A stretch of DNA of 64,000 nt from Gemmatimonadota bacterium (GTDB lineage: Bacteria; Gemmatimonadota; Gemmatimonadetes; Palauibacterales; Palauibacteraceae), in contig OY762926.1 in assembly GCA_963666735.1 (NCBI GenBank), forward strand, positions 800,001-864,000. The letters run 5' to 3'. Numbering within the stretch: the first letter of the stretch is position 1; every line of letters begins with the position of its first letter. This document shows positions 50,244 through 59,579 of this stretch, one piece after another. Under the pieces are notes generated by a model. It was not told the origin of the DNA. It searched no databases and worked only from the letters and a program-made list of their open reading frames with translations. A program made the position numbers and the translations under genes.

Positions 50244-52081
50244 CAGTGCGCCTCCTCCCCGAACGGGGGCTCGAAGGCCCACGCGAAGAGACCCACCGCC
50301 GTCACGAGCAGGCCGAAGAGCGTCAGCCCGAGCGACCCGAGCGCGCCGATCGTCATGAGGAGCATCCCCACGGCGAGCACGAGCGGCCAGTACGACGGAT
50401 TCGGCATGACCACCGGCTCCGGCGGCTCGTCCGGCTGTCGCCGCGGCGCCGCGCCCCCGGGTTCATCCCCCTCCCCGCGCGCTTCCGGTTCGATGTACGG
50501 ATGCCAGAGCGGATCCCGGCGGTCGACGGCCGGGATCTCCGCGAAGTTGTAGTGCGGCGGCGGCGAGGCCGTCGTCCATTCGAGCGTCGACGCGTCCCAC
50601 GGGTTGTGTCCGGCCGCCTCTCCGCGCCGCCACGTGCGCCACAGGTTCCAGACGAGCGGCACGAAGGAAAGCGTGAAGATGAAGGCCCCGATGGTCGAGA
50701 TCAGGTTGAACACATCCAGACCCAGTCCCTCCGCGTACGTGTAGGTCCGCCTCGGCATCCCCAGGAGTCCCGCGAAGTGCATCGGGAAGAAGGTCACGTT
50801 GAGGGCGAGGAAGGCGAGCCAGAAATGGGCCTTCCCGAGACCCTCGTGCAGCATCCGTCCCGTCGCCTTCGGGAACCAGTGGTAGAAGCCGCAGAAGAGG
50901 CCGAAGACGGTCCCGCCGATGAGCACGTAGTGGAAGTGCGCGACCACGAAGTACGTGTCCGTCTGCTGCAGGTCCGCCGGCGGCGAACTGTGCATGACGC
51001 CGCTCAGGCCGCCGATCGTGAACGTCGCCACGAGGCCGACCGCAAAGAGCATCGCCGTTCGGAAGCGTAACCGTCCCCCCCACATCGTCGCGATCCAGTT
51101 GAAGATCTTGATCCCGGTCGGAATCGCGATGAGCATCGTCGCCCCGCCGAAGACCGCGTTCACCACGGGCCCGAGTCCGACCGAGAACATGTGGTGGACC
51201 CAGACGCCGAAGCCGAGGAAGGCGATGAGGACGCCCGAGAAGACGACGACCGGATATCCGAACAGGATCTTCCGCGAGAACGTCGGGATCACGTCGGAGA
51301 CGATGCCGAAGGCCGGCAGGATGAGGATGTAGACCTCCGGGTGGCCGAAGACCCAGAACAGGTGCTGCCAGAGGACGGGGTCCGCGCCCGCCGCCGCATC
51401 GAAGAAGTGCGTGCCGAAACGGCGGTCGAAGAGCATGAAGATCAGCCCGACCGTGAAGGGCGGGAAGGCAAGCAGGATGAGCGCGGAGACGATGAGCGCC
51501 ATCCAGGTGAAGAGGGGCATCCTCATGAACGTCATCCCCGGCGCCCTCATGTTGAGGATCGTGACGAGGAAGTTCAGTCCGCCCGCGATCGACCCCACGC
51601 CGGAAATCAGAAGCGCGAGCACGTAGAAATCGATGCCGAGGCCCGGGGAGTACTCGGGGTTCGTCAGCGGCATGTACGCGAACCAGCCCCCGTCGGGCAT
51701 CATCCGGAGGGGGACGCTCGCGTACAGGAAGAGGCCGCCGAAGAGGAAGACCCAGAAGGAGAACGCGTTCAGGCGGGGGAAGGCGACGTCGCGCGCCCCG
51801 ATCTGCAGGGGCACGACGAAGTTGAAGAAGGCGACGACGAGCGGCATGCCGGCGAAGAACACCATCGTCGTGCCGTGCATCGTGAACAGTTGGTTGTAGA
51901 GGTCCGGATCGAGGAAGCTGCGCTCGGGGGCGGCGAGCTGGAGCCGGATGAGCTGTCCCTCGACGCCAGCGATGAGCAGAAAGGCGAACCCGACCACGAA
52001 GTAGAGGATCGCGATCCGCTTGTGGTCGACCGTCGTCAGCCAGCTCCGGATCCCCGTGGGATGTGCGTCCGTCATCGCCAT
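50243..52081 (-). CDS. ctaD: Cytochrome c oxidase subunit I (type A1)
   Basis: DHKRI, TMHG, GHPEVY, WVHHMF, AHFHY, GMPRR. Confidence 0.97.
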   Translation of the reverse strand: MAMTDAHPTGIRSWLTTVDHKRIAILYFVVGFAFLLIAGVEGQLIRLQLAAPERSFLDPDLYNQLFTMHGTTMVFFAGMPLVVAFFNFVVPLQIGARDVAFPRLNAFSFWVFLFGGLFLYASVPLRMMPDGGWFAYMPLTNPEYSPGLGIDFYVLALLISGVGSIAGGLNFLVTILNMRAPGMTFMRMPLFTWMALIVSALILLAFPPFTVGLIFMLFDRRFGTHFFDAAAGADPVLWQHLFWVFGHPEVYILILPAFGIVSDVIPTFSRKILFGYPVVVFSGVLIAFLGFGVWVHHMFSVGLGPVVNAVFGGATMLIAIPTGIKIFNWIATMWGGRLRFRTAMLFAVGLVATFTIGGLSGVMHSSPPADLQQTDTYFVVAHFHYVLIGGTVFGLFCGFYHWFPKATGRMLHEGLGKAHFWLAFLALNVTFFPMHFAGLLGMPRRTYTYAEGLGLDVFNLISTIGAFIFTLSFVPLVWNLWRTWRRGEAAGHNPWDASTLEWTTASPPPHYNFAEIPAVDRRDPLWHPYIEPEARGEGDEPGGAAPRRQPDEPPEPVVMPNPSYWPLVLAVGMLLMTIGALGSLGLTLFGLLVTAVGLFAWAFEPPFGEEAH

Positions 52082-52085
52082 GCCT

Positions 52086-53090
52086 CTACCGGAGCGAGCC
52101 GAGGTAGGCGACGAGCTGCCGGATCTGCGCGTCGCTCAGTTGGACCTCGGGCATCAGGTTGCCGGGCTTCACGTGCTGGGTGGAATCCAGCCAGCGCGCC
52201 AGGTTCGCGGGGGTGTTCTCCAGCACGCCCGAGGCGATCGTGAGCCGGCTCGCGAAGTGCGTGAGGTCCGGGCCGAACTGCCCCGCGGCAGGCGTCCCTC
52301 TCACCGCGTGACAGCTCACGCATGCGTTCGCCATGAACACGCCCTGCCCCGCCCGCGCCTCCGCGGCGGCGGGCGCCGCAGCGGGCTCCGCGTTCGCTTG
52401 GGCCCAGCGCTCGAAGTCCGCCGGCTCGTCCACGATGAGGCGCATCCCCATGAGCGCGTGCGCCGTGCCGCAGAACTCCGCGCATTGGCCGTGGTACACG
52501 CCGACGGAATCCGGCCGGAACCAGAGCTGGTTCTCGGTCCCCGGCACGAGGTCCCGCTTTCCGGCCAGGCGCGGCACCCAGAAGGAGTGCATGACGTCCG
52601 CGGAACGGAGCCTCAGGTCGACGGTGCGGCCCAGCGGGACGTGGGCCTCGTTCGCCGTCACGATACCGAGTTCCGGATAACGGAATTCCCACCACCACTG
52701 CCTGCCGATGACCTCGACGACCAGCGCCTCCGGATCGGGCGTCGCCCGGTCGATGATGAAGATGGCGCGGATGCTCGGAATCGCGATCGCCACGAGGATG
52801 AGCGCCGGGGCCAGCGTCCAGCCCACTTCAAGGAGGAGGTGCCCGTGGACCTGCTTCGGCCGCGCGTCGCCCGGCCGCTCCCGGAAACGCACGAACACGT
52901 ATATGAGGACGCCTTCCACCACGACGAACACGCCGACCGCCCACCAGAAGATCTGGTCGAAGAGCTGGTCGAGGAGCGTGGCGGAGTCTGAACTGGGGTG
53001 CAGTGCGGATTGCGGGTATTCGCCACCGCAACCCTGGCTGACCAAGACCCCCAGAAAAAGCACGAGCGCTGCGATCGCGCGTCGTCTCAA
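52086..53090 (-). CDS. ctaC: Cytochrome c oxidase subunit II with fused cytochrome c (caa3-type), lipoprotein
   Basis: TTG start, lipobox SQGC, QWWW, DVMHSF, CAEFCGTAHALM (CuA), CVSCH heme c. Confidence 0.94.
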   Translation of the reverse strand: MRRRAIAALVLFLGVLVSQGCGGEYPQSALHPSSDSATLLDQLFDQIFWWAVGVFVVVEGVLIYVFVRFRERPGDARPKQVHGHLLLEVGWTLAPALILVAIAIPSIRAIFIIDRATPDPEALVVEVIGRQWWWEFRYPELGIVTANEAHVPLGRTVDLRLRSADVMHSFWVPRLAGKRDLVPGTENQLWFRPDSVGVYHGQCAEFCGTAHALMGMRLIVDEPADFERWAQANAEPAAAPAAAEARAGQGVFMANACVSCHAVRGTPAAGQFGPDLTHFASRLTIASGVLENTPANLARWLDSTQHVKPGNLMPEVQLSDAQIRQLVAYLGSLR

Positions 53091-53160
53091 GGGCGTATCT
53101 ATATGTGTTTCGGGAATAATCTCGATTCGGGTCAGGCTCCGCCTCCGCAGAGCCCGCGGG

Positions 53161-53189
53161 ACTCTAGCCGGGGACGGCGGGCGGGTCAA
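53161..53189 (-). promoter_or_regulatory. Sigma70-type promoter of the caa3 oxidase operon
   Basis: TTGACC-N17-TAGAGT. Confidence 0.65.
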
Positions 53190-53207
53190 GGAGCCCCGCC
53201 CACCGGG

Positions 53208-54724
53208 TGTCGTAGCGCAGTAGAAATGTCCCCCCTTAGCGCAGTAGAAATGTCCTCTTACGGTCCATGTTCGGTTCGAGTGGGTGGAACATGGTCCGGG
53301 AGAGGGGTCGATGGAGTTGAGTCTGAGGGAGAGGGATCGCATCTCGGTGCTGAGACAGGTGAGCGAGGGCGTGCTGTCGGGGTCGGCCGGGGCGGTGCGG
53401 CTGGGAGTGACGACCCGCCATCTTCGGCGTCTGCTTCGGAGGTTCGAGGCGGTGGGGGACGCGGCGGCGGTACACGGGCTGAAGGGACGGCGGTCGAACC
53501 GGGCGCTGTCGGCGGAGGTGCGGGATGTGGCGCTGTCGGCGGCGGCCGATCCGCTGTACGCGGACTTCGGGCCGACGCTGCTTGCGGAGCACCTGGAGAG
53601 ACGCTTCGGGGTCGTCGTGAGCGCGGACACGCTCAGGCGGTGGATGTTGGAGGCCGGGCTGTGGGAGCGTCGCCGCAGGCGCGCGAAGCACCGCCGCCGG
53701 CGTCCGAGGCGGGCGGCGCTGGGCGAGCCGGGGCAGTGGGACAGCTCGGTGCACCCGTGGCTGGAGGAGAGGTTGCCGGGGAGCCAGACGCTGATCTCGA
53801 TCCACGACGACGCGACGAGCCGACTGCTGATGGCCCGCTTCGTGGCGCGCGACAACGGGGCGGAGAACCGGCGGGCGATCATCGAGTACCTCGGGCGCCA
53901 CGGCCGCCCGGTGGCCGTCTACACCGACCACGCCGGACACTTCGGGCAGTGGCTCTCGAAGAAGGAGGAGCGCACGGACACGATCATCGCCCGGGCACTG
54001 GGCGAACTGGGCGTCGAGGTGATCCTCGCGGGCTCGCCTCAGGCCAAGGGGCGGGTCGAGCGGAGCTTCGGCACCGCGCGGGACCGGCTGGTCAGGGAGA
54101 TGCGCGTGGAGGGGGTCGCCACGCTGGAGGCGGCCAACCGCTTCCTCGCCGACTACTGGGTCCCGTTCCGGAACGAACGCTTCTCCGTCGAGCCCGCCGA
54201 CCCCCGCGATGCGCACCGCCCGCTCCCGGCCGGTGCGGACCTCGAGGCGCTCTTCGCCGAGACGGAGAGGCGCGTCGTGGCCCGCGACTTCACGATCCGC
54301 TTCCGGAACCGCCACTGGCAGATCCCGGAGAGGGAGGCCGCCGGCATCGCCCCCGGCGACGAGATCGTCGTCGAGCGCCGCCTCGACGGCGAGGTCCGCT
54401 TCCGCTTCGGCGAGCGCTACCTGGAGCTCGAACCCGTATGCCGAGCCCCCGCCGCCTCCCCCGGCGACGCGCCCGCCAAGCCGGCGAAGCCGAGGCCCGC
54501 GCCCCCGAAGCCGGCTCCGGACCACCCATGGCGCAAGCACTTCCAAGCCAGTGCCCAGCAGGCCATCGCGCGTCGCGACCTCCGCCGCGAGCGAGAAGCG
54601 ATATCCAACGAGAAGGAACCGCCCCGCTCCCCCGAACCGGCCCCGGAGCGGGGCAGAACCGAACCGCCGGGGGAGGACATTTCTACTGCGCTCTAACCCC
54701 GGACATTTCTATTGCGGTTTGACA
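53208..54724 (+). mobile_element. Insertion sequence, IS1202/ISNCY type, 1517 bp
   Basis: TGT...ACA ends, two GCGCAGTAGAAATGTCC-type repeats per end, 17-bp flanking direct repeat (15/17 identical) at 53191-53207 and 54725-54741. Confidence 0.92.
53311..54696 (+). CDS. DDE transposase (IS1202/ISNCY)
   Basis: N-terminal HTH, DFGPTL, QWDSS, IHDDATS, YTDH, SPQAKGRVERSF. Confidence 0.93.
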   Translation: MELSLRERDRISVLRQVSEGVLSGSAGAVRLGVTTRHLRRLLRRFEAVGDAAAVHGLKGRRSNRALSAEVRDVALSAAADPLYADFGPTLLAEHLERRFGVVVSADTLRRWMLEAGLWERRRRRAKHRRRRPRRAALGEPGQWDSSVHPWLEERLPGSQTLISIHDDATSRLLMARFVARDNGAENRRAIIEYLGRHGRPVAVYTDHAGHFGQWLSKKEERTDTIIARALGELGVEVILAGSPQAKGRVERSFGTARDRLVREMRVEGVATLEAANRFLADYWVPFRNERFSVEPADPRDAHRPLPAGADLEALFAETERRVVARDFTIRFRNRHWQIPEREAAGIAPGDEIVVERRLDGEVRFRFGERYLELEPVCRAPAASPGDAPAKPAKPRPAPPKPAPDHPWRKHFQASAQQAIARRDLRREREAISNEKEPPRSPEPAPERGRTEPPGEDISTAL

Positions 54725-54755
54725 AAGCTCCGCCCACCGGGACCTCAGCGGACCC

Positions 54756-55784
54756 TCAGCGGGCGTGCGGCACGTCTCCGACCGGCGTCACGCGGCCGCC
54801 GTAGAGTTCCCCCATCCACTCGCCGTATCCGTTGAACGGGAGCGTTGGCACCCGCTGCCCCGTACCGACGATTTCTTCCTGCGCCTGGGACCAGCGGGGG
54901 TGGGGTACGTCCGGGTCCACGTTCGAGTAGAAACCGTATTCCGACGGCTGCAGGTCGTTCCAGAAGGTCGTCGGCACCTCGTCGGTGATGTCGATGCGGA
55001 CGATGCTCTTCGGGCTCTTGTAGCCATACTTCCAAGGCAGATGGATGCGGACGGGCGCGCCGTTCTGCTTCTGGAGCGGATGGCCGTACATGCCCGTCAC
55101 GACGAAGGCGAGTTCATTCATCGCCTCGTCCATGCGCAGCCCCTCATAGTAGGGCCACTTGTACCAGCTCTGCGTCTTCTGACCGAAGGCCTGCTCCGGC
55201 CGGTTGAAGGTCACGAAGCCGACGTAGCGGGCATTGTTCCGCGGTTGCACCCGCTCCAGCAGCCGGGCGAGCGGGAAGCCGATCCAAGGCACGACGACGG
55301 ACCACCGCTCCACGCAGCGGTGCCGGTAGATCCGCTCCTCGAGCGGGAACGCGCGTTCGAGTTCTACGAGGTCGTAGACGCCGGGATTCTCGACGAGACC
55401 CGTAACTTCCAGCTCCCACGGGCGGGCCTCGAACGGGCCGACGTTGCGCCACACCCCATCCTTGTCCGTGCCGAACTCGTAGAAGTTGTTGTACGTGGCC
55501 ACGACCTCTTCCGGCGAAACCTCCTTGTGGCGATCGCCGGGCGTGAAGCGCGGATCGTTCACGGCCACGGGATAGAGATCTGCGGTCGGAGTGTCCGGGA
55601 TGTTGTCGAGCGGGCCGCGCTGCTGGGTCGCCGCGCCGCCGGGCCGGCAGGCGAGCGAGGCGGCGGCGAGGATCGCTCCCCCGCCCATGCGGGCCACGAA
55701 CTGCCGCCGGTCGAGGTACACCGACTCCGGCGTGGCTTCGCTCTCCCTGAGCCTCCAGCCGGGCGGAATATGAATGTTCGCCAT
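54756..55784 (-). CDS. msrP: Protein-methionine-sulfoxide reductase catalytic subunit
   Basis: Tat motif DRRQF, YNNFYEFG, ERIYRHRCVE, EGLRMDEA, QNGAP, PWKYG. Confidence 0.93.
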   Translation of the reverse strand: MANIHIPPGWRLRESEATPESVYLDRRQFVARMGGGAILAAASLACRPGGAATQQRGPLDNIPDTPTADLYPVAVNDPRFTPGDRHKEVSPEEVVATYNNFYEFGTDKDGVWRNVGPFEARPWELEVTGLVENPGVYDLVELERAFPLEERIYRHRCVERWSVVVPWIGFPLARLLERVQPRNNARYVGFVTFNRPEQAFGQKTQSWYKWPYYEGLRMDEAMNELAFVVTGMYGHPLQKQNGAPVRIHLPWKYGYKSPKSIVRIDITDEVPTTFWNDLQPSEYGFYSNVDPDVPHPRWSQAQEEIVGTGQRVPTLPFNGYGEWMGELYGGRVTPVGDVPHAR

Positions 55785-55928
55785 GGGGATTCTCCCTTGC
55801 CGTTCGGACCCCGGCCCTCGCCGGGCGCCGGCCGCTTCACCTGCGGCGTTCCCTGCTCAAGTATAACGCTCCGGCACCGCGTGTTTCGCAACCCCCTCGC
55901 CCGGCGCGGAGCTTCGCCGGGGAGCCGG

Positions 55929-57527
55929 TCAGTGCCGGAAGAGCCGCCGTGCGGTGAACACCATCGCCATGCCGTGCTCGTTCGCGGCCTCGATGACCTC
56001 CGCATCGCGCTTCGAGCCGCCCGGCTGGGCGATCGCCGTCACCCCGGCGGCCGCGGCCGCATCGATGCCGTCGCGGAAGGGGAAGAACGCGTCCGATCCG
56101 AGGACGGCGCCCGCCACGTCGAACCCCTGCGCCCGGGCCTTGCGGATCGAGATCTCGACCGAATCGACGCGGCTCATCTGTCCAGCGCCGATTCCGATCG
56201 ACGCCCCATCCCGCGCGAGCAGGATCGCATTCGACTTCACGCTCTGCACCGCGGACCACGCGAACGCGAGATCGTCCCACTCCGCGTCGCTCGGGGCCCG
56301 CGCCGTCGGGACGTGCGCCTCCCGATTCACCTCGCGCGCCGGCCGGGGGGCCGCCTGCAGCAGAACCCCGCCGCGCACGCCGCGCACTTCCACCCCTTCC
56401 TCCAGGTGGCCGTTCGCGTCCGGCGCCGCGCCCGCCTCGGGCTGCAGAATCCGAATGTTCTTCTTCTCCCGCAGGAGGCGGAGCGCATCCTCCGAGTATC
56501 CCGGCGCCACGACGCACTCCACGAAGTTCCGCGAGAGGGCTTCCGCGACGGCCTCCGTCAGCGTGTCCGTGAAGGCGATGACCGAACCGAACGCCGAAAC
56601 GGGATCGCACGCGAGCGCCTTCTCGTAGGCCTCCAGCGGCGATGCGCCGACGGCGAGGCCGCAGGGCGTCGAGTGCTTGAGGATCGCACAGGCGGCCTGC
56701 GCCCCGGACACGAAGGGCGCGATCGCCGTGAGAGCCCCGTCCACGTCGAGAATATTGTTGAACGAGAGTTCCCGGCCGTGCAATTGCGCGAGCGCGGGGA
56801 TCCCCCGCGGCGGACCGAACCCGTCGCGGAAGAAGGCGGCCTTCTGGTCCGGGTTCTCCCCGTACCGGAGCGACTGCACGCGCAGGAGCGAGGCGACGGC
56901 CTCCCCCGCGGGGAGGCCGGGCGAAGCCGCCGCTCCGTCCGGCCGGGCAAGGTGGCGAGCGATCGCCGCGTCATAGGCCGCGGTGTGCCCGTACACCTTG
57001 GCCGCGAGCTCCCGCCGCAGCTTCGGCGTCTCCGGCACGTCCCCCGCATCGAGGGCATCGAGCACCCGCGCGTAGTCGGCCGGATCGCATACCGGCCAGA
57101 CCGAGGGATGGTTCTTCGCCGACGCCCGGAGCATCGTCGGTCCGCCGATGTCGATCTGCTCCAGCGCTTCTCCGAGCGTGACGTCCCCGCCGGCGACCGT
57201 CTCGCGGAAGGGGTACAGGTTCACGGCCACGAGATCGATGGGAACCATCCCGTGCGCGGCGAGTTGATCCAAGTCGTCCGCCACCTCGCGCCGAGCCAGG
57301 ATCCCGCCGTGCACCCTCGGGTGCAGCGTCTTCACGCGGCCACCCAGCATTTCCGGATGGCCGGTGAGGTCGCTCACGCCGCGGACCTCCAGCCCCGCCG
57401 CGCGCAACACCCGCATCGTCCCTCCCGTGGACGCGATCTCCCAGCCCCGCTCGATCAATCCCGCGCAGAACTCCTCGATTCCCGTCTTGTCCGAGACGCT
57501 CACAAGCGCAGTCGGCATCCCACTCAT
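55929..57527 (-). CDS. purH: Bifunctional AICAR transformylase / IMP cyclohydrolase
   Basis: ALVSVSDK, GRVKTLHP, IDIGG, RYGENP, GAGQMSR, SDAFFPF, RLFRH. Confidence 0.97.
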   Translation of the reverse strand: MSGMPTALVSVSDKTGIEEFCAGLIERGWEIASTGGTMRVLRAAGLEVRGVSDLTGHPEMLGGRVKTLHPRVHGGILARREVADDLDQLAAHGMVPIDLVAVNLYPFRETVAGGDVTLGEALEQIDIGGPTMLRASAKNHPSVWPVCDPADYARVLDALDAGDVPETPKLRRELAAKVYGHTAAYDAAIARHLARPDGAAASPGLPAGEAVASLLRVQSLRYGENPDQKAAFFRDGFGPPRGIPALAQLHGRELSFNNILDVDGALTAIAPFVSGAQAACAILKHSTPCGLAVGASPLEAYEKALACDPVSAFGSVIAFTDTLTEAVAEALSRNFVECVVAPGYSEDALRLLREKKNIRILQPEAGAAPDANGHLEEGVEVRGVRGGVLLQAAPRPAREVNREAHVPTARAPSDAEWDDLAFAWSAVQSVKSNAILLARDGASIGIGAGQMSRVDSVEISIRKARAQGFDVAGAVLGSDAFFPFRDGIDAAAAAGVTAIAQPGGSKRDAEVIEAANEHGMAMVFTARRLFRH

Positions 57528-58189
57528 CCTTCCCGGTTGGTGAACGTTTCGGTCTCGAACCACTCGCGAACCCAATGGACCCGGCGGTCCGCTTCCAGGC
57601 GAACCGCCCCGGAAGCCAGCGCTTCGACCGCCGCCGGCAACAGTCGGTGCTCCGCCGTCAGCACACGGGCCGCGACGGACTCGGGAGTATCGTCCGCGAG
57701 CACGGGTACGGGCCACTGGCACAGGATCGGACCCCGGTCGTACGCCTCGTCGACGAAGTGGACGGTCGCTCCGGTGATCCGGACGCCGGCCTCGATAACC
57801 GCCCGGTGCACGCGGGCTCCGTACATCCCCCGGCCTCCGAACGAGGGCAGCAGCGCGGGATGGATGTTCAGGATCCGTCCCCAGTACGACCGCACGAGGG
57901 TCTCGGGCACCAGCTGCATGTAGCCGGCCAGGACCACGATGTCGCTTCGCCACTCGTCCAGCGTGCGACGGAGGAACACCGCCATCTCGTCACCCGCCGC
58001 CGCAGGCGAGACCGCCGATGCCACCCCGGCCCGGCGGGCCCGCTCGAGGACGCCCGCCCCCGCGCGGCTGGCGATCACGCCGACGATCTCGCGCTGCGGG
58101 TCTTCCGCGCCATGGAAGCGGTCGACGAGCGCCTGGAAGTTGGAACCGCCCCCCGACGCGAGGACCGCGATCCGCACGGCGTCAGACAT
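57524..58189 (-). CDS. purN: Phosphoribosylglycinamide formyltransferase
   Basis: SGGGSN, LAGYM, NIHPALLP, GATVHFV. Confidence 0.96.
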   Translation of the reverse strand: MSDAVRIAVLASGGGSNFQALVDRFHGAEDPQREIVGVIASRAGAGVLERARRAGVASAVSPAAAGDEMAVFLRRTLDEWRSDIVVLAGYMQLVPETLVRSYWGRILNIHPALLPSFGGRGMYGARVHRAVIEAGVRITGATVHFVDEAYDRGPILCQWPVPVLADDTPESVAARVLTAEHRLLPAAVEALASGAVRLEADRRVHWVREWFETETFTNREG

Positions 58190-59579
58190 CACGGCGACCG
58201 GCATCGGCGAGTCGATCGAGCGCGGAGGCGAGGGCGTCCGCCGCCCGGGCCGTTTCCTCGCCGGGGAGCGCCCGCACATCGACGATGAACGCCGCACGCT
58301 CGATACGGCCGATGAGCGGGACAGGGCCGCCGCGGCACTCCGCCGCGAGTCGCTTGACATCGATCCCCGTCACGGCCCACCCGGCCGAGGGAATCGCGAA
58401 CCCCGGAAAAGCGCCCCCTCCGACCATGGCCTCGGTTCGGATCACGTCCACGCGCGCCCCGCTTCGCGGCGGAGGTTCGGGGCGCGCGGCGGCCGCGCGG
58501 GCTTCGACCGCCTCCGCCGGCTCGCGCAGCATCCGCAATGCCGGCACGCACCGGACGGCGAGATCCGGATCGCGGTACAGCATCAGCGTGGCTTCGAGGG
58601 CGGCGAGCGTCGTCTTGTCCACCCGAAACGCCCGCAGCAGGGGATTCCGGCGCAAACGCGCGATCAACGCCGCATCGCCGGCGATGATCCCGGCCTGCGG
58701 CCCCCCGAGGAGCTTGTCGCCGCTCCAGGTCGCGAGGTCGACGCCCGCGGCCAGCGATCCCCGCGCGGTGGGTCCCTCCGGGAATCCGGGCAGGAGACCG
58801 GCATCGAGCAACCCGGAGCCGAGATCGTGAGCCACCGGGATCCCGCGCTTTCGCGCGAGCGACACCAATGCGGCGAGACGGGGGCGCGCCGAGAAGCCCT
58901 CGACCCGGTAGTTCGAGGGGTGGACCCGCAGAATGAGCCCGGTCGATTCGTCGATGGCCGCCGCGTAATCGGAGACTCTCGTCCGGTTCGTCGTGCCGAC
59001 CTCTCTCAGGCGGCCGCCGCTCCGCCCCACCACATCGGGGATCCTGAACGTGCCGCCGATTTCGACCAGTTCCCCGCGCGACACGAGCACTTCGCGGCCC
59101 CGAGCCAGTTCGTTCACGACCAGCGCCACGGCCGCGGCGTTGTTGTTCGCGATGATCGCCGCGCCCGCACCCGTCAGTTCACGGATGACCTCGCTGCAGT
59201 GGTCGTATCGCGAGCCGCGCCGGCCCGTCGCGAGTGAGAGTTCCACGTTCCCGTAGCCGGCGGCCTCGGCCTGCGCGCGACCGGCCACGTCGGCAAGCGG
59301 CGCCCGGCCGAGGTTGGTGTGGAGCACAACGCCCGTTCCGTTGAGCACGCGGCGTAGCGAGGGCCGGGATCGCGCCTCCAGATCGCGTTCCGCGGCCCGC
59401 AGGAGATCGGCCGGCCCCCGCCGCTCGGAGTCGGGGTCCGCGTCCGCGCGGGCGCGGTCCAGCGCCCGGCGGAGCGAGTCCTTCACCGTCTCGCGGCCGT
59501 AGCGGTCGATCCAGGGGGCGACCTCGGGCTCCCCGAGGAGCGCATCCATGGAAGGGAGCCGGCGGCGCGGGTCCGTCAT
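58182..59579 (-). CDS. selA: L-seryl-tRNA(Sec) selenium transferase
   Basis: NGTGVVLHTNLGRA, NNNAAA, SRGELVEIGG, SGDKLLGGPQAG (PLP Lys). Confidence 0.96.
   Translation of the reverse strand: MTDPRRRLPSMDALLGEPEVAPWIDRYGRETVKDSLRRALDRARADADPDSERRGPADLLRAAERDLEARSRPSLRRVLNGTGVVLHTNLGRAPLADVAGRAQAEAAGYGNVELSLATGRRGSRYDHCSEVIRELTGAGAAIIANNNAAAVALVVNELARGREVLVSRGELVEIGGTFRIPDVVGRSGGRLREVGTTNRTRVSDYAAAIDESTGLILRVHPSNYRVEGFSARPRLAALVSLARKRGIPVAHDLGSGLLDAGLLPGFPEGPTARGSLAAGVDLATWSGDKLLGGPQAGIIAGDAALIARLRRNPLLRAFRVDKTTLAALEATLMLYRDPDLAVRCVPALRMLREPAEAVEARAAAARPEPPPRSGARVDVIRTEAMVGGGAFPGFAIPSAGWAVTGIDVKRLAAECRGGPVPLIGRIERAAFIVDVRALPGEETARAADALASALDRLADAGRRDV

Noticed and set aside
53091..53882. Long N-terminal extension of ctaC in the ORF track
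   Set aside because: It reads antisense through the IS; the likely start is TTG 53090, downstream of a promoter
54765..57923. Very long plus-strand ORFs (1052 aa here; also 12454-15117, 19435-21693, 38271-40241, 41681-43453)
   Set aside because: Antisense shadows of well-supported minus-strand genes in high-GC DNA; Arg-rich with no motifs
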